Shown: positions 1-10,698, counted from the stretch's first letter. The stretch is 64,000 nucleotides of DNA from Spirochaetia bacterium (GCA_965243525.1 OZ251568.1:1703664-1767663); one strand, 5' to 3'. Program-made: numbers and translations. The notes: a model not told the origin generated them from the letters alone.

Positions 1-3
1 TAA

Positions 4-26
4 TAAAGATTGGGGATTGCCGAAGA
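4..26 (+). promoter_or_regulatory. possible sigma28 (FliA) promoter upstream of flgB
   Basis: GCCGAAGA at 19-26 resembles the sigma28 -10 box (GCCGATAA). TAAA at 4-7 is closer than the canonical spacing and the window edge hides upstream context. fliA is encoded in the same operon. Confidence 0.3.
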
Positions 27-42
27 GCTATTAGGAGAAGAT

Positions 43-468
43 ATGTTTGAATCGACTACCTTTGGAAAATTTACTGATATTCTGCACCGGAGTATGGATG
101 CAAATGCATATCGTCGAATGGTTATCTCTGATAATATTGCAAATGCAGATACACCGGAGTTCAAACGGAGTGTCGTCAATTTTGAAACGATGCTTGGTTA
201 TGCCCTGTCAACGGAACGATCTCCGCGATTTCGTGCTGCATTGACGAGTGAAAGACATATTCCCTTCCATCGTCCACTTGATTATCGTGGGGTTCGGCCG
301 CGAAGAATACTTGATTTCGCAAATTCAACGAAAAACAACGGAAACAACGTCGATATCGAACAAGAAAGTGTTCTTGCTATGCAAAATCAACTGAGTTATG
401 AGTTGATGGTGCAGGCAACGTCAAATTCATTTAATCGCATTAATCTTGTCATTGGGAGCGGAGGTTAA
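43..468 (+). CDS. flgB: flagellar basal-body rod protein FlgB
   Basis: ISDNIANADTPEFK and NNGNNVDIEQE motifs; AGGAG RBS before ATG 43. Confidence 0.95.
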   Translation: MFESTTFGKFTDILHRSMDANAYRRMVISDNIANADTPEFKRSVVNFETMLGYALSTERSPRFRAALTSERHIPFHRPLDYRGVRPRRILDFANSTKNNGNNVDIEQESVLAMQNQLSYELMVQATSNSFNRINLVIGSGG

Positions 469-472
469 TTAA

Positions 473-931
473 ATGGGATTGTTTAGTGCAATAAACACTG
501 CTTCATCTGGGCTCACTGCTCAACGATTGCGACAAGATGTTATTGCAAATAATATTGCAAACGCGACAACAACCCGCACCACTGAGGGAGGACCATTCCG
601 TCGGAGCAGAATCATTCTTCGTCCTCGGGTTGATCAGCCATATTGGAAGAGCCCGTTTTTGCCACGACCACTTGACCACGGAGTTGGAAAAGGCGTTCGT
701 GTTGTTGAAGTGCAAAAAGATTACGATGCAAAAGTGCGTCTTGTATACGATCCTACACATCCCGATGCGATTATATCGGGTCCACGTGCAGGATATGTTG
801 AAATGCCGAATGTCGATGTTGTGACAGAGATGGTTGATTTGATCTCTGCTGCACGATCATATGAGGCGAATATTGCGGTCATTGATGGATCAAAGTCGAT
901 GTATCAGCAAGCATTACAAATAGGAAGATAA
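473..931 (+). CDS. flgC: flagellar basal-body rod protein FlgC
   Basis: IANNIANATTT, YDPTHPDA and GYVEMPNVDVVTEMVDLISAARSYEAN motifs. Confidence 0.97.
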   Translation: MGLFSAINTASSGLTAQRLRQDVIANNIANATTTRTTEGGPFRRSRIILRPRVDQPYWKSPFLPRPLDHGVGKGVRVVEVQKDYDAKVRLVYDPTHPDAIISGPRAGYVEMPNVDVVTEMVDLISAARSYEANIAVIDGSKSMYQQALQIGR

Positions 932-955
932 CATTGACTTACGTTGGGAGGCTAC

Positions 956-1354
956 ATGTCATTATTTGAACCAAATCAAGCACTAGGAGATATATTTGTT
1001 CTTAACCGTACGCATTCATCGCATTTTACGGGAAGAAATGATATCGATAGTTTAGTGAGCGGCGCAGAACCACAGCGCAGTGCGGTTATAAGCGAGTTTA
1101 ATACACTTCTCCAAGATGCCGTTGAATCCAATTCTATTTCACTCAAGGATTCAGTTATCGGAAATTTGCAGGATGTGAATCAGTTTCAATTGGAAAGTGA
1201 TGCACTCGCGATACAGGCGATTGTTGATCCAGATTCTGTTGATGCACATGATGTATCTATCGCTTCAGCAAAAGCGCAAATGAGCTTACAATTGACAAAG
1301 GTGATCGTAGACCAGGTTATACAGGCATACCGATCAATTATTAGTATTCGTTAA
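956..1354 (+). CDS. fliE: flagellar hook-basal body protein FliE
   Basis: C-terminal DPDSVDAHDVSIASAKAQMSLQL...AY motif; lies between flgC and fliF; GGAGG RBS. Confidence 0.9.
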   Translation: MSLFEPNQALGDIFVLNRTHSSHFTGRNDIDSLVSGAEPQRSAVISEFNTLLQDAVESNSISLKDSVIGNLQDVNQFQLESDALAIQAIVDPDSVDAHDVSIASAKAQMSLQLTKVIVDQVIQAYRSIISIR

Positions 1355-1391
1355 TTTGGCATAGGCCAAACGTTCAGTGGGAGGTGAGCGT

Positions 1392-3062
1392 ATGGAGTGG
1401 TTGAGAAATCTATTTTCGCAAATCAAAGAATCGTGGGCCAAATGGAGCACGGTTCAACGCATAATTCTTTTTAGTATTATAGGTGTTGTCGTACTTGGAC
1501 TCGTTCTGGTGGCAGTTTTTAGCTCTAGTCCAGCGAGTTATCCGCTGTTTACCCGCGGTATTCAAGACGAAACACTGTTAGCTCAGGTTACGTTGCGCCT
1601 AGATCAAGAGAATGTAGAATATACAGTGAATGCTGATAATGTAATCTACCTCTCTAATCAATCTGATGCACTACGGATGCGCGCCATTCTCACACGTGAG
1701 GATTTGGTTCCCGCTGGAGTGGATCCATGGGAGCTGTTCGACATTCAGAGGTGGACACAGACTGATTTTGAACGAAACGTAAATCTTCGAAGAAGCATCA
1801 TTAGAGAGCTTGAGCAACATATTCACGCTTTAAACGATGTTGATGCGGTTAGTATATCAATTGTGCTTCCTGAGCAAGTTCTCTTTCAGGAACAACAAAA
1901 TCCGGTGACTGCATCGGTTATTATTACACCAAAACCAAGTTCAGACCTACGAGAAAATCGCTCAAAGATCGAGGGTATTGAAAAACTTATTCTGTTTGCC
2001 GTTGAGGGATTGGCGGAGGAAAACCTTTCTATTACTGATCAGTATGGAATAGTCCTCAACGATTTTGAAAGTCTTGAAGATTTTGACCGTCTTGAACTTA
2101 CCAAACGGGAGCGTGCTCTCATCCAGACAGAAGAAGAAAAACTTGAAGATGCAATAGTGAATTCCTTGTCGGGAATTTTTTCTGAGGATCGAGTGGAGAT
2201 GATTAATATCACTGTTGATATGGATATGAGCAGAATTTCACAAGAGACACAGGAGATATTTCCGATTGAAACCGTTCCTGACAATCCGCTGACTCCATAT
2301 TCAGAACGCGAGTTCGTACTTACCGTTCCCCGATCTAACGAAATAGTTGATGAACAATACGAAGGAACTGGATTCAACCCTGAAGGACCACCAGGACTCG
2401 AGGGACAAACGCCCCCTGCCTATAAAGATTTGGAAGGCATTATTGGCCGTTGGTCGAATAGTGAAAATCGTATTAACAATGAACTGAATTCAAGAACTAC
2501 TATCGAAGAACGAAGCCCAACAATCACTAGGATCACCGCTTCTGTTGCGATTGATGGCATCTGGAACTGGATATACGATGAGCAGGGAATTGTGGTGGTA
2601 AATCCTGACGGCAGCATCCAGCGAGAATATGTTCCTGTGAGTGCAGAAGAATTGGCGAAAGCCACTGAGCTTGTTCAGAACGCTATCGGGTATGATGTCA
2701 ACCGTAATGATCAGGTGAGTGTGGAGAACATCGCATTTGATCGACGGGTACAATTTGCAGACGAGGACGAGGAGTTTCGCCGACAACAACAAGCGCGGTT
2801 GATTGCAATCTACGTCGCAATAGGTCTTGCGGCAATGTTGTTGTCCTTTTTGGTTGTCCGCCTCATTACAAAAGAAATTGAAAGAAGGCGTAGATTACGC
2901 GAAGAACGTCTTGCTCGACAATATCAAGCGATGCGAGAAGCAGCCCTACGGCGAGAACAGCCTGAGACAGGGCCGTCATTTGAAGAGGAGATCATTGCCT
3001 TGATACGCGAAAGGCCTGCTGACTCTGCACAGTTATTGCGTACGTGGATCATGGAGGAATAA
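1392..3062 (+). CDS. fliF: flagellar MS-ring protein FliF
   Basis: Two TM segments, spirochaete DPWELFD..WTQTDFERNVNLRR motif, C-terminal LLRTWIMEE. Confidence 0.95.
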   Translation: MEWLRNLFSQIKESWAKWSTVQRIILFSIIGVVVLGLVLVAVFSSSPASYPLFTRGIQDETLLAQVTLRLDQENVEYTVNADNVIYLSNQSDALRMRAILTREDLVPAGVDPWELFDIQRWTQTDFERNVNLRRSIIRELEQHIHALNDVDAVSISIVLPEQVLFQEQQNPVTASVIITPKPSSDLRENRSKIEGIEKLILFAVEGLAEENLSITDQYGIVLNDFESLEDFDRLELTKRERALIQTEEEKLEDAIVNSLSGIFSEDRVEMINITVDMDMSRISQETQEIFPIETVPDNPLTPYSEREFVLTVPRSNEIVDEQYEGTGFNPEGPPGLEGQTPPAYKDLEGIIGRWSNSENRINNELNSRTTIEERSPTITRITASVAIDGIWNWIYDEQGIVVVNPDGSIQREYVPVSAEELAKATELVQNAIGYDVNRNDQVSVENIAFDRRVQFADEDEEFRRQQQARLIAIYVAIGLAAMLLSFLVVRLITKEIERRRRLREERLARQYQAMREAALRREQPETGPSFEEEIIALIRERPADSAQLLRTWIMEE

Positions 3063-4126
3063 TGGCTGAATCGTTGAGCATACCAAAGGGAAGAAACACT
3101 GTATCAGCAGGATCAAAAAAGGGTGGAAGGGTGCTTACTGGGCGACAGAAATGCGCGATCCTGTTGATTACTATTGGGGCTGAAATCTCTGCAGAGGTGT
3201 TCAAGCATCTTCGTGAGAGTGAAATTGAAATGTTGACGTTTGAAATTTCACAAATCGAGCGCATTGATTCAGAGGAAAAAGAAGCTATCCTCAAAGAATT
3301 TCAAGAGATGATGACCGCCAAGGATTTTATTACCCTTGGTGGCATTGACTATGCGCGAGAATTGCTTGAAAAAGCAGTTGGATCACAACAGGCGGGCGAT
3401 ATCATCAGTCGACTTACGTCGAACCTTCAAGTGCGTCCCTTTGATTTTATTCGAAGAACCGATCCCTCGCATTTATTCAACTTCATCCAGCAAGAGCACC
3501 CGCAAACGATTGCGCTTATCCTTGCTTATCTCGAGCCACAAAAGGCATCGCAAATTCTTGCAAACTTGTCACCGGATATTCAATCAGATATTGCAAAGCG
3601 AATTGCAACAATGGATCGAACATCTCCGGAGGTCTTGCGAGAGATAGAAGTGGTTCTTGAGAAGAAATTGGCGGTGCTTTCTTCAGAAGATTACACATTG
3701 GCAGGCGGTATTGATAGCATTGTAGAGATACTCAACCTCGTTGATCGATCTACAGAGAAACTTATTATCGAATCACTAGAAGAAGAAGATCCGGAATTAG
3801 CTGAAGAAATTAAGAAGCGCATGTTTGTCTTTGAAGATATCGTGCTGCTTGATGATCGTTCACTGCAGAAGGTCTTGCGTGAAGTTGACAACTCTGAATT
3901 AGTGAAGGCGCTCAAGGCAGTTGATACTGAAGTACAGGACAAGATATTCAGAAACCTATCGAAGCGTGCTGCAGGTCTTCTCAAAGAAGACATGGAGTTT
4001 ATCGGTCCGGTACGCATAAAAGAGGTCGAAGAATGTCAGCAACACATCGTGTCCTTGATTCGACGCCTTGAGGAACAGGGTGAAATTGTGGTTGCACGTC
4101 CAGGAGAAGATGAATTGGTAGTATAA
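3062..4126 (+). CDS. fliG: flagellar motor switch protein FliG
   Basis: GGIDYA, EHPQTIAL and MFVFEDI motifs; TAATG coupling with fliF. Confidence 0.97.
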   Translation: MAESLSIPKGRNTVSAGSKKGGRVLTGRQKCAILLITIGAEISAEVFKHLRESEIEMLTFEISQIERIDSEEKEAILKEFQEMMTAKDFITLGGIDYARELLEKAVGSQQAGDIISRLTSNLQVRPFDFIRRTDPSHLFNFIQQEHPQTIALILAYLEPQKASQILANLSPDIQSDIAKRIATMDRTSPEVLREIEVVLEKKLAVLSSEDYTLAGGIDSIVEILNLVDRSTEKLIIESLEEEDPELAEEIKKRMFVFEDIVLLDDRSLQKVLREVDNSELVKALKAVDTEVQDKIFRNLSKRAAGLLKEDMEFIGPVRIKEVEECQQHIVSLIRRLEEQGEIVVARPGEDELVV

Positions 4127-5029
4127 ATGCCTAAAAATATCATACAAACACAAGAAGTTGTAAAACTAGCAGGAACAAAGGTCATCCCCAATCCCTTTTC
4201 TACGGAAATAGAAAGCAGAGAAGGGGAAGATTCTCTCCATTCTTTGACTGAGCGAATTAAGGAATTACGCGAAGAGGCAGAGAGTATTCTTCGAAGGAAT
4301 CAAATCTATCGAGAGACTTTGATTGCACAGGCAAAGGATGAGGCTGCAAAGATTATCGAAGAAGCGGGAAAGCGAGGAGATGCGCTGCTTGAGACGAAAA
4401 TCAATGAATCTGATGCAATTCGTGATGAAATTGATGGAACTGCTAATAAAACTATTGAAGATGCAAAAATACAGGCAAAGGCAATAGTTGAAGAGGCTAA
4501 CAGGGAAGCAGAAACAATTCGTGCAAATGCTCGTGGAGAGGCATATCAAGAAGGGTTAGCCAAGGGATTAGAGAAAGGGAAGGCTGATATCGTGTATATC
4601 AGTGATCAGTTACACATGATGCTGAACAAAGTCATCGAGCGACGGAATGATATGATTGATGAGCTTGAAGGGCAACTTGTCCGCATCATTATGATGATGG
4701 TACAAAAAATAGTAAAAACAATTAGCGAAAAACAGAGGACAGTTGTTATACAAAACATCATACATTCTTTGAGAAAACTAAAGCGCCAGGTTGATGTTCT
4801 GATTCGAGTAAACATTAGTGACAAAAAAATCTCTGAAGTAAATAAAGAAAAGATACTCAAAATCGCTCCACAGATAGAACGCGTGACCATTGTTGAAGAT
4901 ACAACGGTGGATCCTGGCGGATGCATTGTTGAAACAGATTATGGAAAAATCGATGCGCGTATAACTACTCAATTGGAGGAGCTTGAGCGGCAGATGCAGC
5001 ATTTAAATCCGATCAAGGTTGAAAAATAA
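4127..5029 (+). CDS. fliH: flagellar export protein FliH
   Basis: Coiled coil, GxxxG repeats, C-terminal GGCIVETDYGKIDAR. Confidence 0.92.
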   Translation: MPKNIIQTQEVVKLAGTKVIPNPFSTEIESREGEDSLHSLTERIKELREEAESILRRNQIYRETLIAQAKDEAAKIIEEAGKRGDALLETKINESDAIRDEIDGTANKTIEDAKIQAKAIVEEANREAETIRANARGEAYQEGLAKGLEKGKADIVYISDQLHMMLNKVIERRNDMIDELEGQLVRIIMMMVQKIVKTISEKQRTVVIQNIIHSLRKLKRQVDVLIRVNISDKKISEVNKEKILKIAPQIERVTIVEDTTVDPGGCIVETDYGKIDARITTQLEELERQMQHLNPIKVEK

Positions 5030-6326
5030 GATGCCAATTCTGGATAAGTACATAGAGGCCATTAGCGAAATTGATCCAGTACGTTGCTTTGGATATGTGC
5101 TTAGCGTGGGGGAATTTATAATAGAGAGCAAAGGGCCGGACGCTGTTTTGGGTGAGCTATGCGAGATCGAACGTATCGATGGGGATCCCGTTCTAGCAGA
5201 GGTCATTGGATTGCAGAACGCTGTTGTACAGCTAATGCTCTTCACGCATGCAGAGAATATTCCTATTGGTGCGCGTGTATACAGCATGGGGAAAAGCCTC
5301 CGTGTTCCGGTTGGCGATGGGATCCTTGGGCGCACTATCTTTTTAAGCGATGTTTTGCAGTTTGGAGGTGGTGAGACTGAGGTATCGATTCATAATACAC
5401 CACCGCATATTGATGAACGTGCCGCAATTGATGAGCAATTTTTTACTGGAATTCGTGCTATTGATGGATTAATACCCATAGGCAAGGGGCAGCGCATGGG
5501 AATTTTTTCTGGCAGTGGGGTTGGGAAATCAACCCTGTTGGGGATGGTTGCGCGAAATTCACAAGCTGATATAAATGTTATTGCACTCATTGGTGAGCGA
5601 GGCAGAGAAGTGCGAGAATTCGTCACAGATATTCTTGGCCCCACGGGGATGCAGAATTCGGTGGTCATTGTTGCAAGTTCTGATGAGCATCCAATTATGC
5701 GATTGCGTGCTGCATCCATGGCGATCCGGGTTGCTGAATATTTCCGAGACACGCAGAGGGATGTGTTGTTGATCTTCGATTCAATAACGCGGTTTGCACG
5801 AGCAATGCGAGAGGTTGCTCTTGCACGGGGTGAAGTTCCCGCCTATCGAGGGTTTCCGCCCTCAGTTGATGCGACGATTCCAAAACTTTTGGAGCGCTGT
5901 GGACGTACCGTAAAGGGGTCAATCACAGGCTTGTTTAGTGTATTGGTTGAAGGAGATGATCTCGACGAGCCAGTATCTGATATGCTTCGCGGTACACTCG
6001 ATGGACATATTGTTCTTTCTCGAAAGTTAGCAAGAAGGGAGCAGTATCCCGCCATCGATGTGCTTGGTTCGGTTTCTCGATTGGCACCTGCTATCTGTAG
6101 TGAGGAACACAAAGAGTTGATAAAGCACATTCGAAGGTATATGGCAGTCTATGATGAATCAGAAGAGCTTATTCAAGCGGGAGTTTATAAACCAGGAAGC
6201 AACAAGAATTTAGATGCTGCGATTGATATGTATGAACGTCTTATGCCGTTTTTGCAGCAAACAACAGATGAAGAGACGGCAATTGATGCTGTTCAAGAAC
6301 ACATGAAGCAGATACTGATGCGATGA
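5019..6326 (+). CDS. fliI: flagellar export ATPase FliI (start could be ATG 5031)
   Basis: Walker A GSGVGKS, ALIGERGREV, DSITRFA, LDGHIVLSR. Confidence 0.96.
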   Translation: MKNKMPILDKYIEAISEIDPVRCFGYVLSVGEFIIESKGPDAVLGELCEIERIDGDPVLAEVIGLQNAVVQLMLFTHAENIPIGARVYSMGKSLRVPVGDGILGRTIFLSDVLQFGGGETEVSIHNTPPHIDERAAIDEQFFTGIRAIDGLIPIGKGQRMGIFSGSGVGKSTLLGMVARNSQADINVIALIGERGREVREFVTDILGPTGMQNSVVIVASSDEHPIMRLRAASMAIRVAEYFRDTQRDVLLIFDSITRFARAMREVALARGEVPAYRGFPPSVDATIPKLLERCGRTVKGSITGLFSVLVEGDDLDEPVSDMLRGTLDGHIVLSRKLARREQYPAIDVLGSVSRLAPAICSEEHKELIKHIRRYMAVYDESEELIQAGVYKPGSNKNLDAAIDMYERLMPFLQQTTDEETAIDAVQEHMKQILMR

Positions 6327-6745
6327 AGAATACACATACCCTAGCATTGATAGCCTCACTACGTAGACATAACAGAAAAGAACATGAACGTGCGTTGTCA
6401 CAAATAGTGCAATCGATCCATGGATATACTATGCAAATTGAGGAACAAGAGCGATCAAGAAATCAGATTATGCAATCAAAAAAACTTGATGCTGCACAGA
6501 TCAAGGTGGCTGCTTATCTGGAAGAAACCAAACAATCGGTGGAGCCTATGCTGCATAGAAAGCAAGAAGAGATGGAAGAAAAACGGTCAATCTATTTACA
6601 GGCGAAGAACGAAGAAACAGTTATCACCAATGTGATTGATGCGCGGAAACGTATGGATGACAGAGAAAGGATCAAGAAGCAGCAAATACAACTTGAAGAA
6701 ATCGCCTTGGTAGTGCAAAGGAAAAAACATGAAAAAAATTCTTGA
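6323..6745 (+). CDS. fliJ: flagellar export chaperone FliJ-like protein
   Basis: 140-aa coiled coil directly after fliI, ending ..QIQLEEIA; mainly positional call. Confidence 0.75.
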   Translation: MKNTHTLALIASLRRHNRKEHERALSQIVQSIHGYTMQIEEQERSRNQIMQSKKLDAAQIKVAAYLEETKQSVEPMLHRKQEEMEEKRSIYLQAKNEETVITNVIDARKRMDDRERIKKQQIQLEEIALVVQRKKHEKNS

Positions 6746-7352
6746 GGGTTTGTTATATATTGTACTCAGTGTAGGGATCATCATTGGATTGGTGATATGG
6801 TTTGATTATCTTGAGTTCATCGAAACACCGCGATTTTTGCAGCCGGTTTTGGGATTTTTTGGATTGCAAACTGAGGTGGTGAATCAAGAGGAAGCATTGA
6901 TTGATCTTGAGTCGCCATGGGTTGTCGAACGGATACGTATAGAAAAGGAACGCGAGGCGATTCTCTCTGAGGCAGAAAATCTTGCACAACAAGAATCCGA
7001 TCTGGATGCACGAGCTACCGAGCTTGATGCGCGTGAAAACTCGTTGGAACAAACAGCTATTTCGTTGGAGGAACAGAAAAAAACACTTAATCAGGTATTG
7101 AATCGCTACGAAGATAAGGATGCAGTGATACGACAAAATTCACTAACACTTCAAAACATGCCACCGGAAGATGCGGTGCAAATTCTCAGTAATTATGATG
7201 ATCAGCAATTAATCGATGTATTACGAATGACTGATCAAATTTCTGTAGAGTCAGGCAGAGCATCAATAGTACCATTTTGGCTTTCACTGCTTCCACCTGA
7301 CAGAGCTGCGCAAGTACAGCGCAAGATGACCGTGAAACCAACAATTGAGTAG
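6729..7352 (+). CDS. flbB: periplasmic flagellar collar protein FlbB (MotE-like)
   Basis: N-terminal TM ending WFDYL, coiled coil, MPPEDAV and SIVPFWLSLLPPDRAAQVQRKM spirochaete motifs. Confidence 0.85.
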   Translation: MKKILEGLLYIVLSVGIIIGLVIWFDYLEFIETPRFLQPVLGFFGLQTEVVNQEEALIDLESPWVVERIRIEKEREAILSEAENLAQQESDLDARATELDARENSLEQTAISLEEQKKTLNQVLNRYEDKDAVIRQNSLTLQNMPPEDAVQILSNYDDQQLIDVLRMTDQISVESGRASIVPFWLSLLPPDRAAQVQRKMTVKPTIE

Positions 7353-8649
7353 CCTAGGCGAATTATTCCCCGCGACACCAAGAGAACAAACTCCTTTATA
7401 TCAGATTCCAGCAAACGATGATTATGCCAACCTAGGCCTTACAGAAGATACTTCTGTACAACGTTTCGAAGATCTCCTTAAGAAAGAACTGGATCAAGAG
7501 AAGAGCAATACGCTGGATGCGGCTGATTCGCGGACAGATCAGAGAACTGAAAAAAGCAGCGATTCAGCCACGCAAGAAGGTGTTCGCAACAACACTGAAG
7601 AGCAATCAAAACAAGAGGTTCACGACGCAAGACCTGCGCAGGATTCCCAAACAGAATCTCTGAAAGACGATCCAAAAAAGAAGGTACAGACAGCTATTGC
7701 TGATGGAGATAAGGTCGAGAAAAAGATTCTTCAAAAATCATCTCATGTGAGGGAAGTCTCCGCTCTATCTCTTGAACAAGAGATGTCCACACAGCAGTTG
7801 GAAATTTCTTCGAAACAGACGGTTTCTTTTGAGGGAGGTTCTGCTATGAATGGGCAGGTGCAAAAGGAAGCAGGTGAGGCTGTTCGCATATCCCTTGATA
7901 ATGCAAATGATATAAAAACCGGAGTGGATCGACTGGATAGCAAGGATCTTGAAACACTCAAACCGGAAGAAAAATCCGAAGGCAAGGAACTTGAAAAAGG
8001 AATGGATGCGCCAAAGCATCATAGTCTGCAAAAAGGGTTAGAATTCGATGCGCGACGACAAGAATCTGGAAATGATTTTTCACAATCATCGCAAGAAAAA
8101 GCTCCTTATTTCTTTGAGCAAGATGGTGAGATTCAAGGTGAGAAAAGCATTCACGTAGTTTTGCCAAAGCTAGAAATGATGCAGGCATCACGTGGGCCTT
8201 CGATGCAATCTCTTACGACTCTAACGCAGTTACGAAGTTTGTTTCAGGGCGAACTCGGAAATGCAATTGTGCGCAGTGCAAATATTCAGCTAGCAGAATT
8301 GAAGCGAGGAGATATAAAACTTGTCTTACATCCGAAAGAACTTGGACAGGTGCATATTGCACTTGCAATGGAAGAAAAACGTGTAGTTGGAAAAATTTGG
8401 GTCGATAACTCAGATGTGAAGAAAATAATTGAAGATCAAATTTCAAGCCTTGAGCATTCATTTACCGACGTCGGAATTGATGTGCAATCGCTTGAAGTGT
8501 ATATACGCGATGATCAACAACAACGGGATAATTTTGAACAGTTGTTCGCGTATACAGGTACTACCAATGGATATTTGGGATCAGAGACAGCTCAGGATGT
8601 ATATGAGGTGGATATTCTTGGTAGTGAACTTGTGAATATTTTTGTGTAA
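7345..8649 (+). CDS. fliK: flagellar hook-length control protein FliK
   Basis: Long polar, low-complexity N-terminus; C-terminal LHPKELGQV motif; precedes flgD. Confidence 0.88.
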   Translation: MSSLGELFPATPREQTPLYQIPANDDYANLGLTEDTSVQRFEDLLKKELDQEKSNTLDAADSRTDQRTEKSSDSATQEGVRNNTEEQSKQEVHDARPAQDSQTESLKDDPKKKVQTAIADGDKVEKKILQKSSHVREVSALSLEQEMSTQQLEISSKQTVSFEGGSAMNGQVQKEAGEAVRISLDNANDIKTGVDRLDSKDLETLKPEEKSEGKELEKGMDAPKHHSLQKGLEFDARRQESGNDFSQSSQEKAPYFFEQDGEIQGEKSIHVVLPKLEMMQASRGPSMQSLTTLTQLRSLFQGELGNAIVRSANIQLAELKRGDIKLVLHPKELGQVHIALAMEEKRVVGKIWVDNSDVKKIIEDQISSLEHSFTDVGIDVQSLEVYIRDDQQQRDNFEQLFAYTGTTNGYLGSETAQDVYEVDILGSELVNIFV

Positions 8650-8672
8650 ATGATGAATAAGGAAGGATATAT

Positions 8673-9089
8673 ATGGATGAACTAGGCATTATACAAACGC
8701 CACTTATTACGAATGTTGAGAACACTCGTGCACCACAAACAAGTCTGGGAAGAGACGATTTTTTGAAGATTCTTATTACCCAGTTGCAAAATCAGGATCC
8801 AACAGCTCCCATGGAAGATAGGGAGTTTATTGCTCAAATGGCGCAATTCAGTGCTCTAGAGCAGATGACGCAGATGAGTGGTGACTTTCAAGAGCTTTCT
8901 GGCATGCTGCAATCTCAAAACGCATTGGGTTTATTGGGGCAGCGCGTGACCGTTGATACTGGCAACGCCCTTGTAGAAGGGGTGGTCAACGCCGTGAGCA
9001 CTGGTGGCATTCCCCAGGTGCAGATCAACGGACATTTTTATGAAGCTAGCAATATTACAATGGTACATAAGGGGGTAGTTGCACAATGA
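8673..9089 (+). CDS. flgD: hook capping protein FlgD
   Basis: DDFLKILITQLQNQDPTAPM..FIAQMAQFSALEQ. Confidence 0.96.
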   Translation: MDELGIIQTPLITNVENTRAPQTSLGRDDFLKILITQLQNQDPTAPMEDREFIAQMAQFSALEQMTQMSGDFQELSGMLQSQNALGLLGQRVTVDTGNALVEGVVNAVSTGGIPQVQINGHFYEASNITMVHKGVVAQ

Positions 9090-10495
9090 TGCGATCACTT
9101 TATTCTGGTGTCTCAGGACTTCAGAATCATCAAATACGAATGGATGTCATCGGAAACAACATATCGAATGTTAATACGACGGGATTTAAAAAAGGGAGGG
9201 TGAATTTTCATGACTTACTTTCGCAAACTATCCAAGGAGCTGCTCGCCCTACTGAAGAGGTAGGAGGAGTAAATCCAAAACAGGTTGGCCTTGGTGTGGC
9301 AATAGCAAGCATCGATACCATCCACACGCAGGGGTCATTGCAGACTACTGGCGTGAAAAGTGATCTTGCTCTCCAGGGAGAGGGGTTTTTTGTGCTACGT
9401 GACGGAGATGAAGAATTCTATACGCGTGATGGTGTTTTTAGTGTTGATCAAGAAGGCTATCTGGTGAATCCAGCAAATGGATTCTATGTGCAAGGATGGC
9501 AGGCCCAAGAAGTAGATGGTCTGACAATCATCAATACCTCTGCACGCCAGGAGGATTTGTTTATTCCTATTGGAAGCAAGGATCCTGCTGCTGAGACGAC
9601 TGAGGTACACCTCGCATCCAATTTAAGCAAGGTGACTCCAGTCATTCCACCAGGGGCGACACAAGCTGAGATTATCAATGGCACCTGGAGTGTTGAATAT
9701 GATGTCTACGATGCATTTGGAAGTACGCATGCCTTGCGTATTGATTTTACTCGTATAGCCGGGTTGGCGAACCAGTGGTTGGGCACGGTTAGTATTGATG
9801 AGGAAGCTGATATTCCGGTTACACAAACTATTTCTGTAGGTGGCATTGCAAGTGCTGATGCACAAACATTTGTTCTTGAGTTTGACAACAACGGAACGCT
9901 TCTTTCTATTTCAAATCCAGAAGGTGGATTGGCGAATACCGGTGATCTTGCAGTGCAAATTGGATTTGAAGTTCCTGAAACCTCTATTCCTGTTGACCCT
10001 GCAACGGGGTTGCCCACCGGACCGGTTATTCAAAACTTTAACCTTAATCTTGGAACCGTGGGATCGGTTCTGGACAGTATGACCCAGTTTGATAGTGAGT
10101 CATCAACCAAGGTATATGAGCAAAACGGATATGGCATGGGCTATATGAATGATTATCGTATTGATCGAAGTGGTATTATCACAGGTATTTTTTCAAACGG
10201 AAATATTCGCGAACTTGGGCAGGTTGCATTGGCAAGCTTTGTAAACCCAGGCGGCCTTGAAAAAGAAGGTGAAAATAACTATAGACAAACGATCAACAGC
10301 AGCATCCCAAACATCGGGCATGCAGGGAGCGCAGGAAAGGGAAGCATCATAGCGGGCACGCTTGAAATGAGCAACGTTGATCTTGCTGAACAATTTACTG
10401 ATATGATTGTGACGCAACGTGGATTCCAGGCAAACAGCAGAACTATTCAGACATCTGATCAGATGCTCCAAGAGATTCTCACTTTGAAGAGGTAG
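9086..10495 (+). CDS. flgE: flagellar hook protein FlgE
   Basis: MMRSLYSGVSG, GNNISNVNTTGFK, LEMSNVDLAEQFTDMIVTQRGFQAN. Confidence 0.97.
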   Translation: MMRSLYSGVSGLQNHQIRMDVIGNNISNVNTTGFKKGRVNFHDLLSQTIQGAARPTEEVGGVNPKQVGLGVAIASIDTIHTQGSLQTTGVKSDLALQGEGFFVLRDGDEEFYTRDGVFSVDQEGYLVNPANGFYVQGWQAQEVDGLTIINTSARQEDLFIPIGSKDPAAETTEVHLASNLSKVTPVIPPGATQAEIINGTWSVEYDVYDAFGSTHALRIDFTRIAGLANQWLGTVSIDEEADIPVTQTISVGGIASADAQTFVLEFDNNGTLLSISNPEGGLANTGDLAVQIGFEVPETSIPVDPATGLPTGPVIQNFNLNLGTVGSVLDSMTQFDSESSTKVYEQNGYGMGYMNDYRIDRSGIITGIFSNGNIRELGQVALASFVNPGGLEKEGENNYRQTINSSIPNIGHAGSAGKGSIIAGTLEMSNVDLAEQFTDMIVTQRGFQANSRTIQTSDQMLQEILTLKR

Positions 10496-10500
10496 GATAG

Positions 10501-10698
10501 GTGATTGAAGTAACCAGATTGGATGGGAAACCATATTATGTGAATCCACACCAGATTGAGCATATCACTGAGAACCCTGATACAACGCTGGTTATGATGA
10601 ACGGAAAACGGTTGGTGGTTGCAACTAGCCTTTCTGATGTGCTTGATCGTATTGTTGAATACCGTAGTCAGGTTCAGAGGCAGTTTGTCCATGATTAA
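10501..10698 (+). CDS. flbD: FlbD/SwrD family flagellar protein
   Basis: MIEVTRLDGKPYYVNPHQIEHITENPDT family motif; lies between flgE and motA. Confidence 0.92.
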   Translation: MIEVTRLDGKPYYVNPHQIEHITENPDTTLVMMNGKRLVVATSLSDVLDRIVEYRSQVQRQFVHD

